Made by a program: the position numbers and the translations under genes. 64,000 nucleotides of DNA, taken from contig MU008186.1 in assembly GCA_010909165.1 (NCBI GenBank), positions 757,002 to 821,001 on the forward strand. The letters run 5' to 3'. This DNA is from Anthoceros angustus (Eukaryota > Plantae > Anthocerotophyta). Of this stretch, positions 46,750-59,414 are shown piece after piece. Numbering within the stretch: position 1 is the first letter of the stretch; each line of letters begins with the position of its first letter. The notes under the pieces are model-generated. The model was not told the DNA's origin. It made no database searches and saw nothing but the letters and a program-made list of their open reading frames with translations.

Positions 46750-47720
46750 TCAAGCATTGGGTTGTGGCGACCAATGAATTCTTCGTCGGTGGTTCAACCG
46801 GTCATGGAGTGGCCTCAAGTGGATTCTACTCGGTTTTCGGACGAAACAGGCCAGTAAATCTGCATTGGATGTTAGCTTCTCGCTTCCGACTGGTTTCCAC
46901 ACTTGAAATCGTGAATTCTTATGTATAGTACCCACCTAGCTTCTCCAAAGTCACGATAAATCGACATTTGTTCTAAGGTATTTCAACGAAATGAGTCCAC
47001 AGATAATGTCTGCCCCTTGCAAGCCCGGCCAAATAATGTCTAAACTTCTTACAGGTAGATGATCTGACCTCATAAGGCTCCATGGTGCGAGTAGTTCCTC
47101 TCGGCATCAGTGAGCTGTCTCCCGGCATAGAAAATTGGGTGATCCCGTTTCTTTTTAGTTTCATCCTTGACTCAAGATATATCCCCAGTAGCAGCATGGC
47201 GGACATCCATGTATACATGGCTTGGCTTCTCCCAATCACAGGGTTGTATAGCGTTGGAGCGCAAGAACCTATAAAGATTGAACTTCCATGACATGTGGTC
47301 ATCTCAGACTCCATCCCGACGCGCAATAAGAAGCTCATCTCAGAAATATCTTACCTCGTCAATAAAAGACATTTTCTTCCGCTTGTCGACATTGTGTTAT
47401 GGTCGGTTGCAAGAACTCTATCCGCACCGTGAAGCTGCTGTGATACATGCCTAACATATTGAACGGACTTCCTCATAACATTCGCCAAATGCTTCATAGC
47501 AAGATATGTGTGGTTCCCCAAGTACCCATAATATATCTTGGCCTCAATTTCCAACTAACTTGCTAATATCGTGCACCCCGGTCAATGCAAGAATGGTAGA
47601 ACCCTTCTTCAATCCTTCCTCTAAATAACTCAGGCTAGGTGGTTTGACCATGCCCTCGCTCCACCCCCTGATTTACCGGTGTAATATAAGATGCAGTTTC
47701 AAATTCTCAAGCTTTTACCA
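46750..47720 (-). pseudogene. Gypsy RT C-terminus and RNase H remnant
   Basis: HPIFYAGRQLTDAERNY, CKKFRHYL and SNAD motifs across frames. Confidence 0.8.
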
Positions 47721-49039
47721 AGAATAAGTCTCGAACAACTTTCTTCATAGGCAGAGTCCTAATTATTGTCAATGGGTTGATTCTGATGGCATCTTCAAGC
47801 CTTCCCATCTCGTCATCGCACATGGACAACAAGCTATGTTATCCGAGTGGGCTTCACTCACTGCTTTCCTTCCCGGATTTCTTCTTCTCTTCCCAGATGG
47901 AGCCTCGCTATGTGAGCGACTAGTATGACCCAAGGCGGGCGCGTGCCCACCATGCCTTGCTCTCACTCGAGTCCCCCTGCCTCCATACCTCTGGTCTCTG
48001 GATGGAGCGTGACGGCAGTTCCTCAATCAGAAGCCCTTCTTTTGACCGCCCGCCCACACCTTTCGTACCGTCTCTTCCGCAACAATTACCGTGCGTCCAA
48101 ATCAGGCATGCCGGCCGTGGGCGCCTTTGTCATCTTCATTGTATGTGATGAAAGCGAAGCAGGCACCTAAGACTCTGGTGGATTTGGATCTTGGTGAGCA
48201 TCCCCGGCATAAGCCCCGGCGCAAGTGCTTGATGATGATGATGGCATGTCTCATATGACATGTATGCCATGTATGCATGTGCATGCGCATGCATGCGTAT
48301 GGAGATGAAGGATGACATGTGATGTATGTGGACATGTGTGATGTGTCATGGCGCATGCAATCTATATGCATGGTTATGCATGTAAGGCGCGGTGCTATGA
48401 CGATATATAGATAGCATTTATATTAGAAAATACATAAAATCATAAATCAAGGAAAAGGACGAATAGGCTGTTAAACACATAAAATATTATTATTTCAAGG
48501 CCAAGGAAAGTAGGATTATAAAGTGCCCACCATCGATACGGGTGGACACTTCATCGAGAACTCTGGGGTTTTGCCTATATATGTAGGCACCATGGATTCT
48601 TGGATTGTTGATGTTTGTCTTGTTCTAATAGACAGCCATACTTCCCCCGTCGTGTCTTTGTCTCCTAGAGGTTCTTGTGGTTCGTTGCATTGTCGGTTGG
48701 GAGAATTTTCCATCTTGATTTCACCACATCAACAATCCTCTTGTTGGGGACTAAGATACTGATCGGAGGAGACGTGGCTACCGGAGATTGGAGGAAGAGG
48801 CGGAAGTCGCCCACCATCCAACCTGTGAGACATGCGATCCGAGAAGGTTGAGTGTTGCGTAAAACACCGAGAGATAGGCTGATGTTTTTCGATGGATGAA
48901 TTTCGCCATTGATTATACATGCTTAGGTGTGGTAGTCTCACGATTGCCGAGTTAGCGTAATTGCGGAGAAGAGCCTCGCATACGCCCTGGAGCCAGGGAT
49001 AGATGATGTACTTGGCTTAGCGGTTAACGGGAAACAATT

Positions 49040-52000
49040 TGCCATTTGACAACATCCGCAAAGGGTCGCATAGGAGAAGTAACCATTGATGGTGTTCCCG
49101 AGATCGTGGTGGATCGACGAAAGGACACTGCTACTGCCTTCACCGGAGAAGTGCACGACGCCTACTACTCGCCATTCAAGAGGACACCGAACAATAGAGA
49201 CAACGCACCACAAGGAGACAACGGATTGGAGCGAGAGTCCGCAAGAATGGAGCTTGAGTTCACACCAAGAACGATGTCTTCACGGAAAACATGGAAGCAT
49301 GTCTCTTGATTTCGAGGAGAAGTTTCGTGGGCAATGGCGGAAAACAAGATGAAATACAAGGACGAGTTCACTCGAGGATGGCGCTCATGAAGATGTCATC
49401 CTACCTGGGTGAGGCTCTAATGTATTACAGAGATGAGAAGGTGGGATCCGAAGGTGGCCGAGAGAAGAGAAGCAAGGCACGAGCCAAGAGGGCTGGTTCG
49501 ATTGCACCCCCATCGACGAGGACAAGCTCGAGCATCCGTGGACTTGATGTTCGCCAAGTTAACCACCATGTTTCCTACCTGAAAAGATCCAGAACCCGAG
49601 GTTTTCTTCAGCCTAACGAGACATTGCGTGCATCTTACCTCGATTGAAGGTTCCGTGGAAGACACGGATGTCAAGACGATGAGGAGGTCAGAGATCTTCA
49701 TGGCATTGCCCGCCGTGACAAAGAAGGAAGGTGATGGACTCACGCATGGAGCGATGGGAGAGAGATATCGCTTGATAGACGCCATCAAATTGCCGAGAAG
49801 GTGCTCAAAGGAGATGCGTGCTTACTTGGAGGATCACGAGTCGTGAAGGGCCCTTCGCAAAGACGGGTCCGGAGGACACGGAATTCCGTGTTGTTCCAAG
49901 GTACCAAGACGGGAGCACCCTCGTGACATGGCAAGCACCACATGAAGGAGAGGCCCTAACAATGCAGTCAAGTGAAGTGTGGCAGATGCCGGGAGCGCAT
50001 AAGGCGCTCAATGCGACTACAAGCCGTGGTCCAAGGGCGGAAGCCTGTAAGTCTTGTGGCGATGGGGCACATGGAGGCAGTGTTGGGAAGCTCATCCAGT
50101 GAAGCCCAAGCTTGCATCACCGAGAAGGAGAAGGGCAAGGGCCCAAGTCGTAAGGCTCTCCTCGGGCAAGTGGAGGAGCTCAAGAAGGAGATGGCCAACA
50201 TGGCGTAATGCGAGGATTTTGTTCTCGACTGGCGAAGATGAGGCGTTTGGCATGATGGCGGTGCGCAAGAAAAGAAAAGGTCATGTTGACTTTGGTGAAG
50301 GCGCCATCGCAAGGGAGTGCCGGAACGGGAATCGACCAAGATGCCGGAGAGTTTCGTGTCGAGGAAAACTCCACGACATAAAGTGTGTCGATCGAGACGT
50401 TGAGGCGTTCTGGACAAGGCCATGGAGGTGCTCGCAGAAGTCTTGTGGATCCGGGAGTGAAGGGCAACAACTTCAAAAACATCATGCGAGAATGGCTGAG
50501 AAGGAGCTTGAATGCAGGATCTCTTCCTAGTATGGCGGTGTGTGTGGCGATCATCTGATGCCAGAGGAGCGAGGTGAAGGAGGTGTTGCCATGATTGATA
50601 ACACGGGACGGCACGTGACTTTTGATGGCTATGCTCCAGTAAACGTACTTGTAGACACAGGAGCGGATCCGAGATCGCCGGGAGCACGGTGGAGGCACTA
50701 AAGTCAGACGGACACAAGCTCGCTCCGAGCGACGTGAACATCACCACCTGCAGTACCAAGGAATGAATCGGGAATGACGAGGAGGCCGTGAAGATTGAAT
50801 TGAAGCTCGCACGAAGGATGCCAGATCATTGAAGTGAGATGTTTGGTCACGGTGCAAAGACATATGATGTCTTCTGGGGTCGGACGGAACTCACCGCCCC
50901 GCCATGGGGGTTGATCCCTTGCACAAGCTTTCTGCATTCCGGTGGAGAGGAGATTTCACGATGTTGCAATTCCTCTAAGGATGAATAGGAGTGGTGGCAA
51001 GAGCAGACGAGGATGACTGTGCGCCACCATGATTGCCCGTGCTCGAGTGAGCATCGACATGAGATGTGGGAGGAAACACAGGAGTTATCCTCTCTGGAGA
51101 TGCCGAAGCCAAGAGAGCGGAAGGGTGTGCTCAAGGTTGTGCGCTCAGAATATTTGGATCAAGCAAGGGTTCGAGAAAACCAGCGAAGGAAGGAGGATCG
51201 ACCGTGGAATCTCACAGACACATGTCCTGAGAGGTCGATCCCAGGTATGAGGCCTGCCAAGTCGGGAGATCGACGCATCGACGATGCTCTAGTACGATGG
51301 AAGGTGGGCGCTGAAGGCATCCATCTGTTGGAGCTCGCTCGAATCGCATGGAAGCGGTGTTGCGTGGCGTCAAGATACGCAATATACTGCGGAAAAGGAT
51401 GAGAAGATTCGAGGCCGCTAGGGTCGAATCTCGTGTTCGCTGATCCAACACCATCGAGCGAGGAAGCGCGAGGCCGAGGTGGCTGCCCACGACGTGAACC
51501 GGTTGGGAAGCAGAAGCCTTGTCAAGCCGGTGGCGCCGATCGGATGGGAATGCAAGACATTTTCGAGTGCAGGCAAAGGTGAAGGCGTTTCGTTGGTCAC
51601 CGAGCTCGCACGAATCACGCGAGAAGTCCATTGCGAATCCACGATGTTGGTACATTCTCGAGAATGTGTGTGCCATGGACAAACGCCCACCGTTAGGGCC
51701 CCGTATGAAGAGATTCGGGCGTGGTTCGCAATGAGTTGATCATGGACGGTGCGGTGGCTCATATGCACACAGCAGCCATCGGACAAATGTCGGACCGGAG
51801 GTGCTCGACAAAGACAGAATTTGACTCAAAGCGGAAGGTTGTGGATGATATCCTAGAGTTGGGAAGGTGCTCACAGTGAAGAGGATGGACAAGTTGCCAT
51901 TTTACCGTGAATCGAGTAGGGGAAGCCAAGGGCATGGCCAACTCGTGAGCACACCGCAATCTTATGCCTTCGCAGGAGGAGATGGTGTGATTACGGATTT

Positions 52001-52620
52001 GAAGGGAATGAGCTTGAGAGCTCAATGTTGAGGAACGCGAGCAAGCGATGGGCTTTGCCAAGAAGGACACTCGCACCATGGGCATCACTGCAAGATGCAG
52101 GATGCTTGGACAGCATTTGACTCATCCCGAGGTGGTGGTAAGCATGTGATGCTCCAACTTGCGTCAAGGAAGCAAAAGCCTTCCTCCAACTACCGCAGGA
52201 TAAAGAGGTTCCTAAGGCGATGGAAAGAGAGCCACCAAGAGTGTGACGAAGAGGTTCATGTATACATTGCGTAAGATGTGAGCCCGGAAGATAAGCAGAA
52301 AAATCATCAACATGCTTGAGAAAAACAAGGGTGCTTTTGCATTCATTGGAAGGAGTAGGTATGAGAAGATCAAGTTCAAAGTAGTGACGACTCATGAAGA
52401 GCCCATTGAGGAGGCATCGCCCGTTCAGAGAATGGGAGATTGTTGACAAACGCCAAGAGTTGTTCGGGGTTGATAAGAAAATCAAGCTCTCAATATGTCC
52501 GCGACCCCTACCGCTCAAAAGGATGAGAAGCGGTGAATGGAAGGGGGGAGGATGTGTGGCGAACTGACCCTCTAAATGAGGTGACTCCTATGGGCGGTAC
52601 CCCATGCTACTGATCTACGA
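49040..52620 (+). pseudogene. Gypsy gag-protease-RT(start) remnant
   Basis: Aspartic protease VNVLVDTGAD (GAC ACA GGA at 50654-50662), IINMLEKNKGAF and HEEPI before RT, RMC..L..LNEVTP..RYPM-type motif. Cut at ~52620 by an LTR-like sequence. Confidence 0.75.
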
Positions 52621-52629
52621 GTGCGGTCT

Positions 52630-53200
52630 CAGACGCCTTTCCGAGTCGCGTCAGAGTCCCTGCCTACTCGGGAGTGAGGTCCGAGTCATCTCATCTACTC
52701 GGGAGTGAGAGGTCCGAGCCAACTTATTACCCATCCACGGCCTTATTCTGCTTATTTCACTCCACACCCAAAAACAAAATCTAGCCCATTCCCTTCTACG
52801 GGAGAGTGTGGGAGGGAAAACCCGGGCCCGAGGCTTCCTCTCTAGCGGCCACACTTATCCCACTGCTGCTTTTATACGTTGGGTTTCGCCCCTACATTGT
52901 GAAAGATCGAGGTCTTGTGAAAGCTTGATCGCTACTGTGATGACACGCTTCTCAGCCTTCTAAACAAGCAAGGCGCCCTCTACTCTCCCTCTATGTTGCA
53001 TTACACCTTTGCTCTGAATCACCAATCCTCGACCTACAACGACACAACACAATTGCAGGTCCTGCCGTAGCAGCGAGGAACCTATCACGGGCGCTCAGGG
53101 ACCCCCTAATCCACACCACAATTTCATCCCTACTTCTAAGACCAATCTTCTCCACTCAGGGAGCGCCCTTTTACTTGCAGATTTGGGATTCGTCCCTTAG
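52630..53200 (-). repeat. LTR-like segment, probably the 3' LTR of the element carrying copy E
   Basis: Homology to 41880-42215, and the shared cacacttatcccac block also seen in LTR copy 2 (~36696). Confidence 0.55.
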
Positions 53201-54499
53201 GCTCTGCCTATGGCCTTCCACTAACACCTACACTCTAATCCTCTACTCATCTCCTCCTCTTCCTCCTATTCTAACCTTTGTTTGGGGTTACTGGCCTCGG
53301 CCTTAACAACCGCTGGGTCGGCCTCCACCAAGTTCTTCCTTGGGCGGTTGCTGAGTTTGACACGAGCGAGAACCTCCAGTGAGTCTTTCCTCAGTCTACC
53401 CTCAAGCCGAGAGTTCACAGGCATTGCCACACACAAAAGCAAAGCAATTTCAGCAACCATTCACAAGGAGCAACTCGTTTAGGCACTTGCGGTGAGCAAG
53501 CCCTCCACCAAGCACGACCACCGCGACTTCTCTCTGGAAGCGTTGGCTCACTGGCACAAATTCCTTTACAAGGGCAAAGGACTCATGAGTATGGAAGCGC
53601 AAGACGTGATACTTTACTTTGTGAAATCCTCCTCCTCTTATAGGAGGCCTTCCACATACACCCTCCCTGGGTGACCCCGCAAGTCACCTTTTCCAATATT
53701 CTATTATTTCCTACAACAGATTTAAGACCCTGGCATCTAAGTCTTGTCTGATTCTAGGTAAATTCTATTCTAGCAACTTCACCTAAGATCATCCTTAAAG
53801 GATGTCAGTCTACATCACCTATCCTTTCTATTATTCCTCTCATCATTTATGGTCTTTGACCATATCTAGTCCTCACCCTGCTGGGATAGTGACGCGCCCT
53901 TTGTGGATTGGCTCCCTCGCCCTCCTTTTGCTCTCGTCTCTTCCCAGATCTTGTTGCCTTCCTAACTTGTGGGGCAAGTACCATCTGCCCCTTCCTCATC
54001 TCCAGGTGGCGCCTGATTCCTCATTATCCGGCAATCGCGCCCCTCCCGGCGCTCGAGCACCTTCTCTTGCCTCCGCCCGCTGCGCCTTCTTCCTCCTAGC
54101 TACGCGGTGAGTCCTCACCTAGTGACTGGTGGTATCCTATCCCTCTTCTCTCTCTCCTCTTCTTCTATCTGGATCTCCTTTGCTCCTTTTGTTGTTGCTT
54201 TGTTTGGTTGTCCATACCTATCATGGAGCATTCTTCAAAGTCTTCTTCCCCATTTGTTGGCGATGTTTCCACTAACTTCGGGCCCTTTTGCGTTGGTCTC
54301 CTCTCCGGCTCCTCCCCTTATCGTGGGGTGAGAACTTCTCACCCCTCCCCTTCCTCGGCGGGTGGATTCCTTGTCTCCTCCGGTGGGGTTGCTCCTCCCA
54401 CCCTCGTCTCCTCTCAGGGGTATGCACGGACCCCGGCTCCTTCATCCGGGCCTTGTGGCTCTCCCCAGGCTCCCGCGGCACCCTACCCGGTGATGCAGC

Positions 54500-56832
54500 G
54501 GACTAGGCGTGTGGGTCTACCACGGTAGTGGCGGACTCAGTGGTAGGTGGTCCTCAAGTGGTAGGTGACCCCGGGTCCCCCCCTCCTTGCTCTCTGCGCC
54601 ATCTTCCCTCTTGGCGGCGGCTCCTCATCTCCAGGCTCCTCAGTTCCTCGGAGTCCATGTCAGTGGCCTCATCAAAATCGGAGGCCTCAGGTGCACTGGC
54701 AGCTCCTTCCATCATCATCATGAGGACCCAATGTCCTCCTCTTGGCCAAGACCTCATTGTTGGCCTTCAAAATCTGTGTGGTGGGCCCCAAGCTGTAATT
54801 GCATTTGGAGATCATCAATCTCAGTGGGCCTCTCCATCTTCACACCTACCTTGTAGGCGTCCCTTGGTGGTCAATTCCCCACCTTGGAGGTCACATTCTC
54901 CTCCCCTTCTTCCTCGTGGTTGGCCAATTTTGCACGAAGGGCATAATCACTTAAAATCTCTTCCTCACCACATTCTATGCACCACCTTCTTGTGGTGCTC
55001 CTCCTCTGGACCTCCTCCTGTCCTGATTGGCAAGCCCTTCCTCTCCACTTGCCAAACACTCTTCCGCTCCAACTCTTGCGATTCTTGGTCTTGACTCCGC
55101 TCCGCTTCTCTTCCAAATTGTACGGGTCCTCAATTCCTCTTCCATGTCCGGATTTTGATGGCTTGAGTAGCCATCACTGTTCTTCGTCCATTCTTTGGAC
55201 GCTATCTTCTCTCCTAGAGCCTCGGTTTTGCTCTTCCTTTCCTCTATTGGGCAAAATGCTCCTCATACTTTGCCTCCATGAATCCTTGGTGGTTGCTCGG
55301 ATAGCTCTCTCTTGGTTGACAACCTTCCTCCAAGACCTTCTCGCTGATCCACAAGGTCGGCTGGAGCTTCTCCAGCCTTTTCCAACTTGCCTTCTCATCG
55401 GACTCCATGGCCTCCAATTGCCATTTGGTCCTGCTCTCCTCCATCTCTTGGGCCTTGTTGCGGACTTCCTCTTCTTGCGCCCAAGGAGGCTGCTCTAGCC
55501 CCTTCAAATCCCATGGTGAGTGCTTCACAAGCTCGGCCAAATCTCCTAGGGGTCCCCAATTCCCTGCTCCTCTTGCTGGAAATTTCCAGCTCCCTCACTC
55601 CTCGACCCAGCCAGCGTGGTCCCTCGTCGCCCCATCCGCTCTTCACCGTGGGTGATGGCGGCCTCGGCGCCGCCCGCCGCCTCGCCTCCTCTCTTCCCTA
55701 CCGCGTGGGCTGCACTAGTGGTGCTGCCTACCGGTGGGGCCCCCCGTGGTAGTGCCCACCTACCGTGGTAGGGCGCCTACCACGGTGATCCCCCCACCGG
55801 GGTAGGCTGCCTCCCTAGAGTGCCTCTTCCACAAATGGTGGGGACTCCACCACCCTTGGGGCATCACCCCTCTGGTAGTCCCTCATAGACTACCACGGCC
55901 TCTCGGCGGGTTCTCCTCTCCTTCGCTCTTGTGGGGAAAGGCCTCCCACTCCGGCAACCTGTTGCCTCCACCTCCTCCTCTCGGTCTGGGGTGCTTGTGG
56001 AGGTCGACCTCCCATGGTCTTCCTTAGGCAAAGGCAAGGCCTTTCCTTGGGCTGGAGGTGGATGATCTCGAAGGATGCCAAGCATCCTTCAAGCTCCTTC
56101 TTGGTGAGAGCCCTCCATCTCCCACAAATGCACCAAATAGGTCTGAGTAGCATAATGGCCTTCTTCATCCACGAATTTGGCTTAAGGCTTCTCCTATGTG
56201 GATATAGGCCTCATACATGGTGCCCCAATCCTTGGCTCCTCTGAAATCTTCCACAAAAATTGGAGGAAGTTGGTGCTGAAATAAGAGGTCCGTTGATATT
56301 CACCCCAATTTTGCAAAACCTCCACTTGACTCCTTGATGCTCTCGTCTTCCAGCCATTCTTGGCGTGGGCCTTCACTCCTCGTCCATCATGTCGAGGACC
56401 TCCTGCGGAATCGGAGAGGAAATCCTCTTCCCTCCATTTGTCCTCTCGAGGAGAGCAATTCTGAGCTCTCCTCCGTCTCCCATACACACGCAGATACTCC
56501 GGACTATCCATGAGGATCAATCAGCATTCCTCTCGCGCAAGAGCCTTAGATTGATGTAGGTTGATGTAGCACTCCTCAATCAATTCCAAATTGGTGTAGG
56601 CCCACTGGCGGCCATACACCCATCCCAATTGGATGTTCTCCTCTTCCCACTGCCTAAAATCCACCAAGTCCCTGGGATTGAGCTGCCCTACAAAGCACGT
56701 AAATTGTGGCATCTCAAAATCTTCTCCTCCTGGTGGCGTAGTTCCTGCTGCTGCCTTCTTGCCTTTTCCTCCTCTTGAGGACGAGCCCTTGGCGGGTGGT
56801 TCCTTCCCCCTGCCCTTAGCAGCTCGAGGCAT
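54500..56832 (-). pseudogene. Accessory-protein copy E with coiled-coil C-terminus, frameshifted
   Basis: MPRAAKGRGKEPPAKGSSSRGGKGKK...IQLGWVYGRQWAYTNLELIEECYINL, FSTNFLQFLWKIS, then EEVRNKAQEMEESRTKWQLEAME. Confidence 0.7.
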
Positions 56833-57467
56833 GGCGCCTTTTCATGCAAAATGCTGCCAAGGAAGTGAGCTACTCCCCAATTGCGAGTTCTTTCGCCCTT
56901 CTAGTGTCTCAGCCCAGAAAACACCCCTGGTGGAAAGCAACTCCGTCACACAATCTCAAGGTTAGCCCTGGCTTGCTTCCCACCCGCTTCTTCTCTCCTT
57001 TTTCTCCAACGTGCCCGTGCTTCGCCTAAGTGACTCGCGCCTTCCTTCGGTCCTTTCCTCCAATTTCGACGTTGCTTCCACTCGCTCGCTGTCGCGCCCT
57101 TGTGCCCTCTGCTTCGCTTCGCCTCCAGTACTTGCGGCACCTCGTGGCGCTATACACTCCACAGCAGCTGGCGACCTCCTCATGTTCCACTCCCGCTTCC
57201 CTCTTGCTTCGGTGAGCTCCACCCCAACTAGGGTTTCCTCTCCTCTCTCAGTTCGCGCACCTTGCGCTCAAATTGGATCGCGGTAGTGCTGGCGAGGGCG
57301 ATGGCGGTTCTCTCCTCCCCTCTTGCGCTTACGCCCCAGCTCCAGTCTCGCGAAGTGAGGACGCCCCAACTCGAAGAGAAAGTTGGCGCTGCCAAACTGC
57401 ACTTTGCCCTCCTTGCACTACAAGGAGGGGCTACCTTTTACAAATGGGTCTAAGTTTAGTTAGAGGA

Positions 57468-57700
57468 AACTACAACACTCTTACTACAGCTCAAAGCCTT
57501 GTTGTAAGTTTTTCGAACATTTACAACAAGGGTTTTCAACTAATATGATGTGGCATGGATTTTACAACAGGGGCTTGTTGACATGGCATGTTGACACGAA
57601 TTTTACAACCGGGGTTTGTTGACATGGCTTGCTCGTTGTACATGACGTTGTTAATTGTGCATAAACTCTTTTTGATTTAGAAAACTAGGGGGGTTATTTG
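57468..57700 (+). mobile_element. Possible degenerate CACTA-like terminus with subterminal repeats
   Basis: AACTACAACA (one mismatch to CACTACAACA), followed by tttacaacaaggg, ttttacaacagggg and ttttacaaccgggg. No partner end found. Confidence 0.35.
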
Positions 57701-57989
57701 TTAATAAAACTACATTTTGTTGAATATATAATGGCGTGCTTTGTTTCTTGTACAAGGGATGTTATGTGGTACTTGTAAAAGACGTTTATAAACCATGTTT
57801 GTTGTAGATGAATGGTTTATATGAATTATGACTTGATTTTTGGAATAATACCATTTATAGAATATATATGAATAGATTTATTATTCTGATGTGGCAGAGT
57901 TACTTTGCAAATGATGTTGTAAATATGTTTCTCGGATTGATGTTAGTTATGGGATTGCCTTATTTTTAGTGCAAGTCAGCGTTCCTTCT

Positions 57990-59214
57990 AATTTGTGGAA
58001 GTGTATCTGCCCTTTGCATCTTCCGGCTCCACCATATTTTAGCGGTACATCCTCTTTCATGGGTCGTTCAATGTCAAAACTTTGCGAGGCATTTTCAGTT
58101 CACCAATTTTGCATACATGGCATAGCGGAGGAATCTGGGGCAGCCGGATGTCGGCCAGAGATAGAGGTGGACCAAGACAACGTCAGGTCATCGATCACTG
58201 CGACCACCCCACCATCGAAGGAGTTGAGAGTTCTTGGGCATGAGTGGGTTATTACAGGCGGTTCGTGGGACTTTGCAAAACGTGTTGCCAAGCTAACGAA
58301 GTTACTCGGGAAGGAAAGGGAGTGGGCACGGACACACGAGAAAGGGAGGCGAGGCGTTCGATTTGCGAGACCACCTTGATAAGTGCTCGGTATTGAAGGG
58401 TCCGGACTGGGGTGCGTTTCACGTATGTGGATGTGGCGTTACGCCATCGGTGGTGCTCGGCCAAAAGGGCGACGGCGGAGGGATCATCCGATCTACTTTC
58501 GCTTTCGAGCGCTCACTGTGAGCGGTACACTACCATAGGCGAGCAGCTGGGCATGGTGTCTGCCCGGTCGTTGAGGCACTACCTCCTACAGCGAGTTTGT
58601 GTTCTATGTGGACCATTTTGCGCTCAAGCATCTGGCGAATAAACTGTCGAGTGGTGCGGTGGATTACTCCGGGGAGTTCACCTTTGAGAGGTGGAGACAG
58701 CGAGGACGCAACACCAAAAGCCCGACTTTCGCCGATTGAAGGCAGGCCGGTCTGCAGGCGAGAAAACGCCTTTCCGGCGAGGCGGTGGCCACGGTGGCGC
58801 GGGCGGAGAAGCGATCAAGAACGCCAGCTTGTGGGCCAGCGTACCTGAAAGCGGAAAAGGGAGGCGGTATAAGGGGCCAACCCACTATCGGGCTGGGCAG
58901 TACATGGGAGATGCAGAATACTTCAAGCGGATTGACCCGGACCAGCGAGCCTTTGTACTCGCTCACCCGTTCGGATGTACAATGGGCGCATCTTCCAAGG
59001 TAGCCGGGCGAGTTGAGATACACCTCCGGCGGAAGCGGAGGTAGTAATAAAAGGGATGCATGTGAAGGGGGTGGACATTATCGTGAGTCACCACAAAAAG
59101 ATTCTTGGCGAATCTTGGTGGCCCACCATGTATGGGGAAACGCACCAGTTCGTAAAGCGATGTGATGCTTGTCAGTGGATTGGGAAGCCTACCCCAATGA
59201 CTCAATGGCCGCTG
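57990..59214 (+). pseudogene. Gypsy RT(C-term)-RNase H-integrase(N-term) remnant
   Basis: EVDQDNVRS, DFAKRVAKLTKLL, VLKGPDWG, DHPIYF, YVDHFALKHLANK, WWPTMYGETHQFVKRCDACQWIGKP. Cut by the LTR at 59215. Confidence 0.85.
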
Positions 59215-59402
59215 TGTTAGAGTAAAACCCCGTTAGGGTTTGCTACTTATAACGAATCAGCTGTTAGCTGATAGTTGAATATATTTTAGGTTATATGAAT
59301 AGTCATGACCCTTGAGACAATTTTGTATATAAGATATATTACAAGCTTAATCAATTATTCTCTGCATCTGCGTGCACTCTTTGTACGTAGGATACTTTAT
59401 CA
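59215..59402 (+). repeat. Short (188 bp) copia-type 5' LTR
   Basis: TGTTAG...TTTATCA, inserted in gypsy integrase and immediately followed by a perfect PBS. Confidence 0.9.
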
Positions 59403-59414
59403 TGGTATCAGAGC
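59403..59414 (+). promoter_or_regulatory. Primer-binding site, tRNA-iMet type
   Basis: TGGTATCAGAGC. Confidence 0.95.

Noticed and set aside
59403-59414. tRNA gene
   Set aside because: Only the 12-nt PBS complementary to the tRNA 3' end; no cloverleaf.
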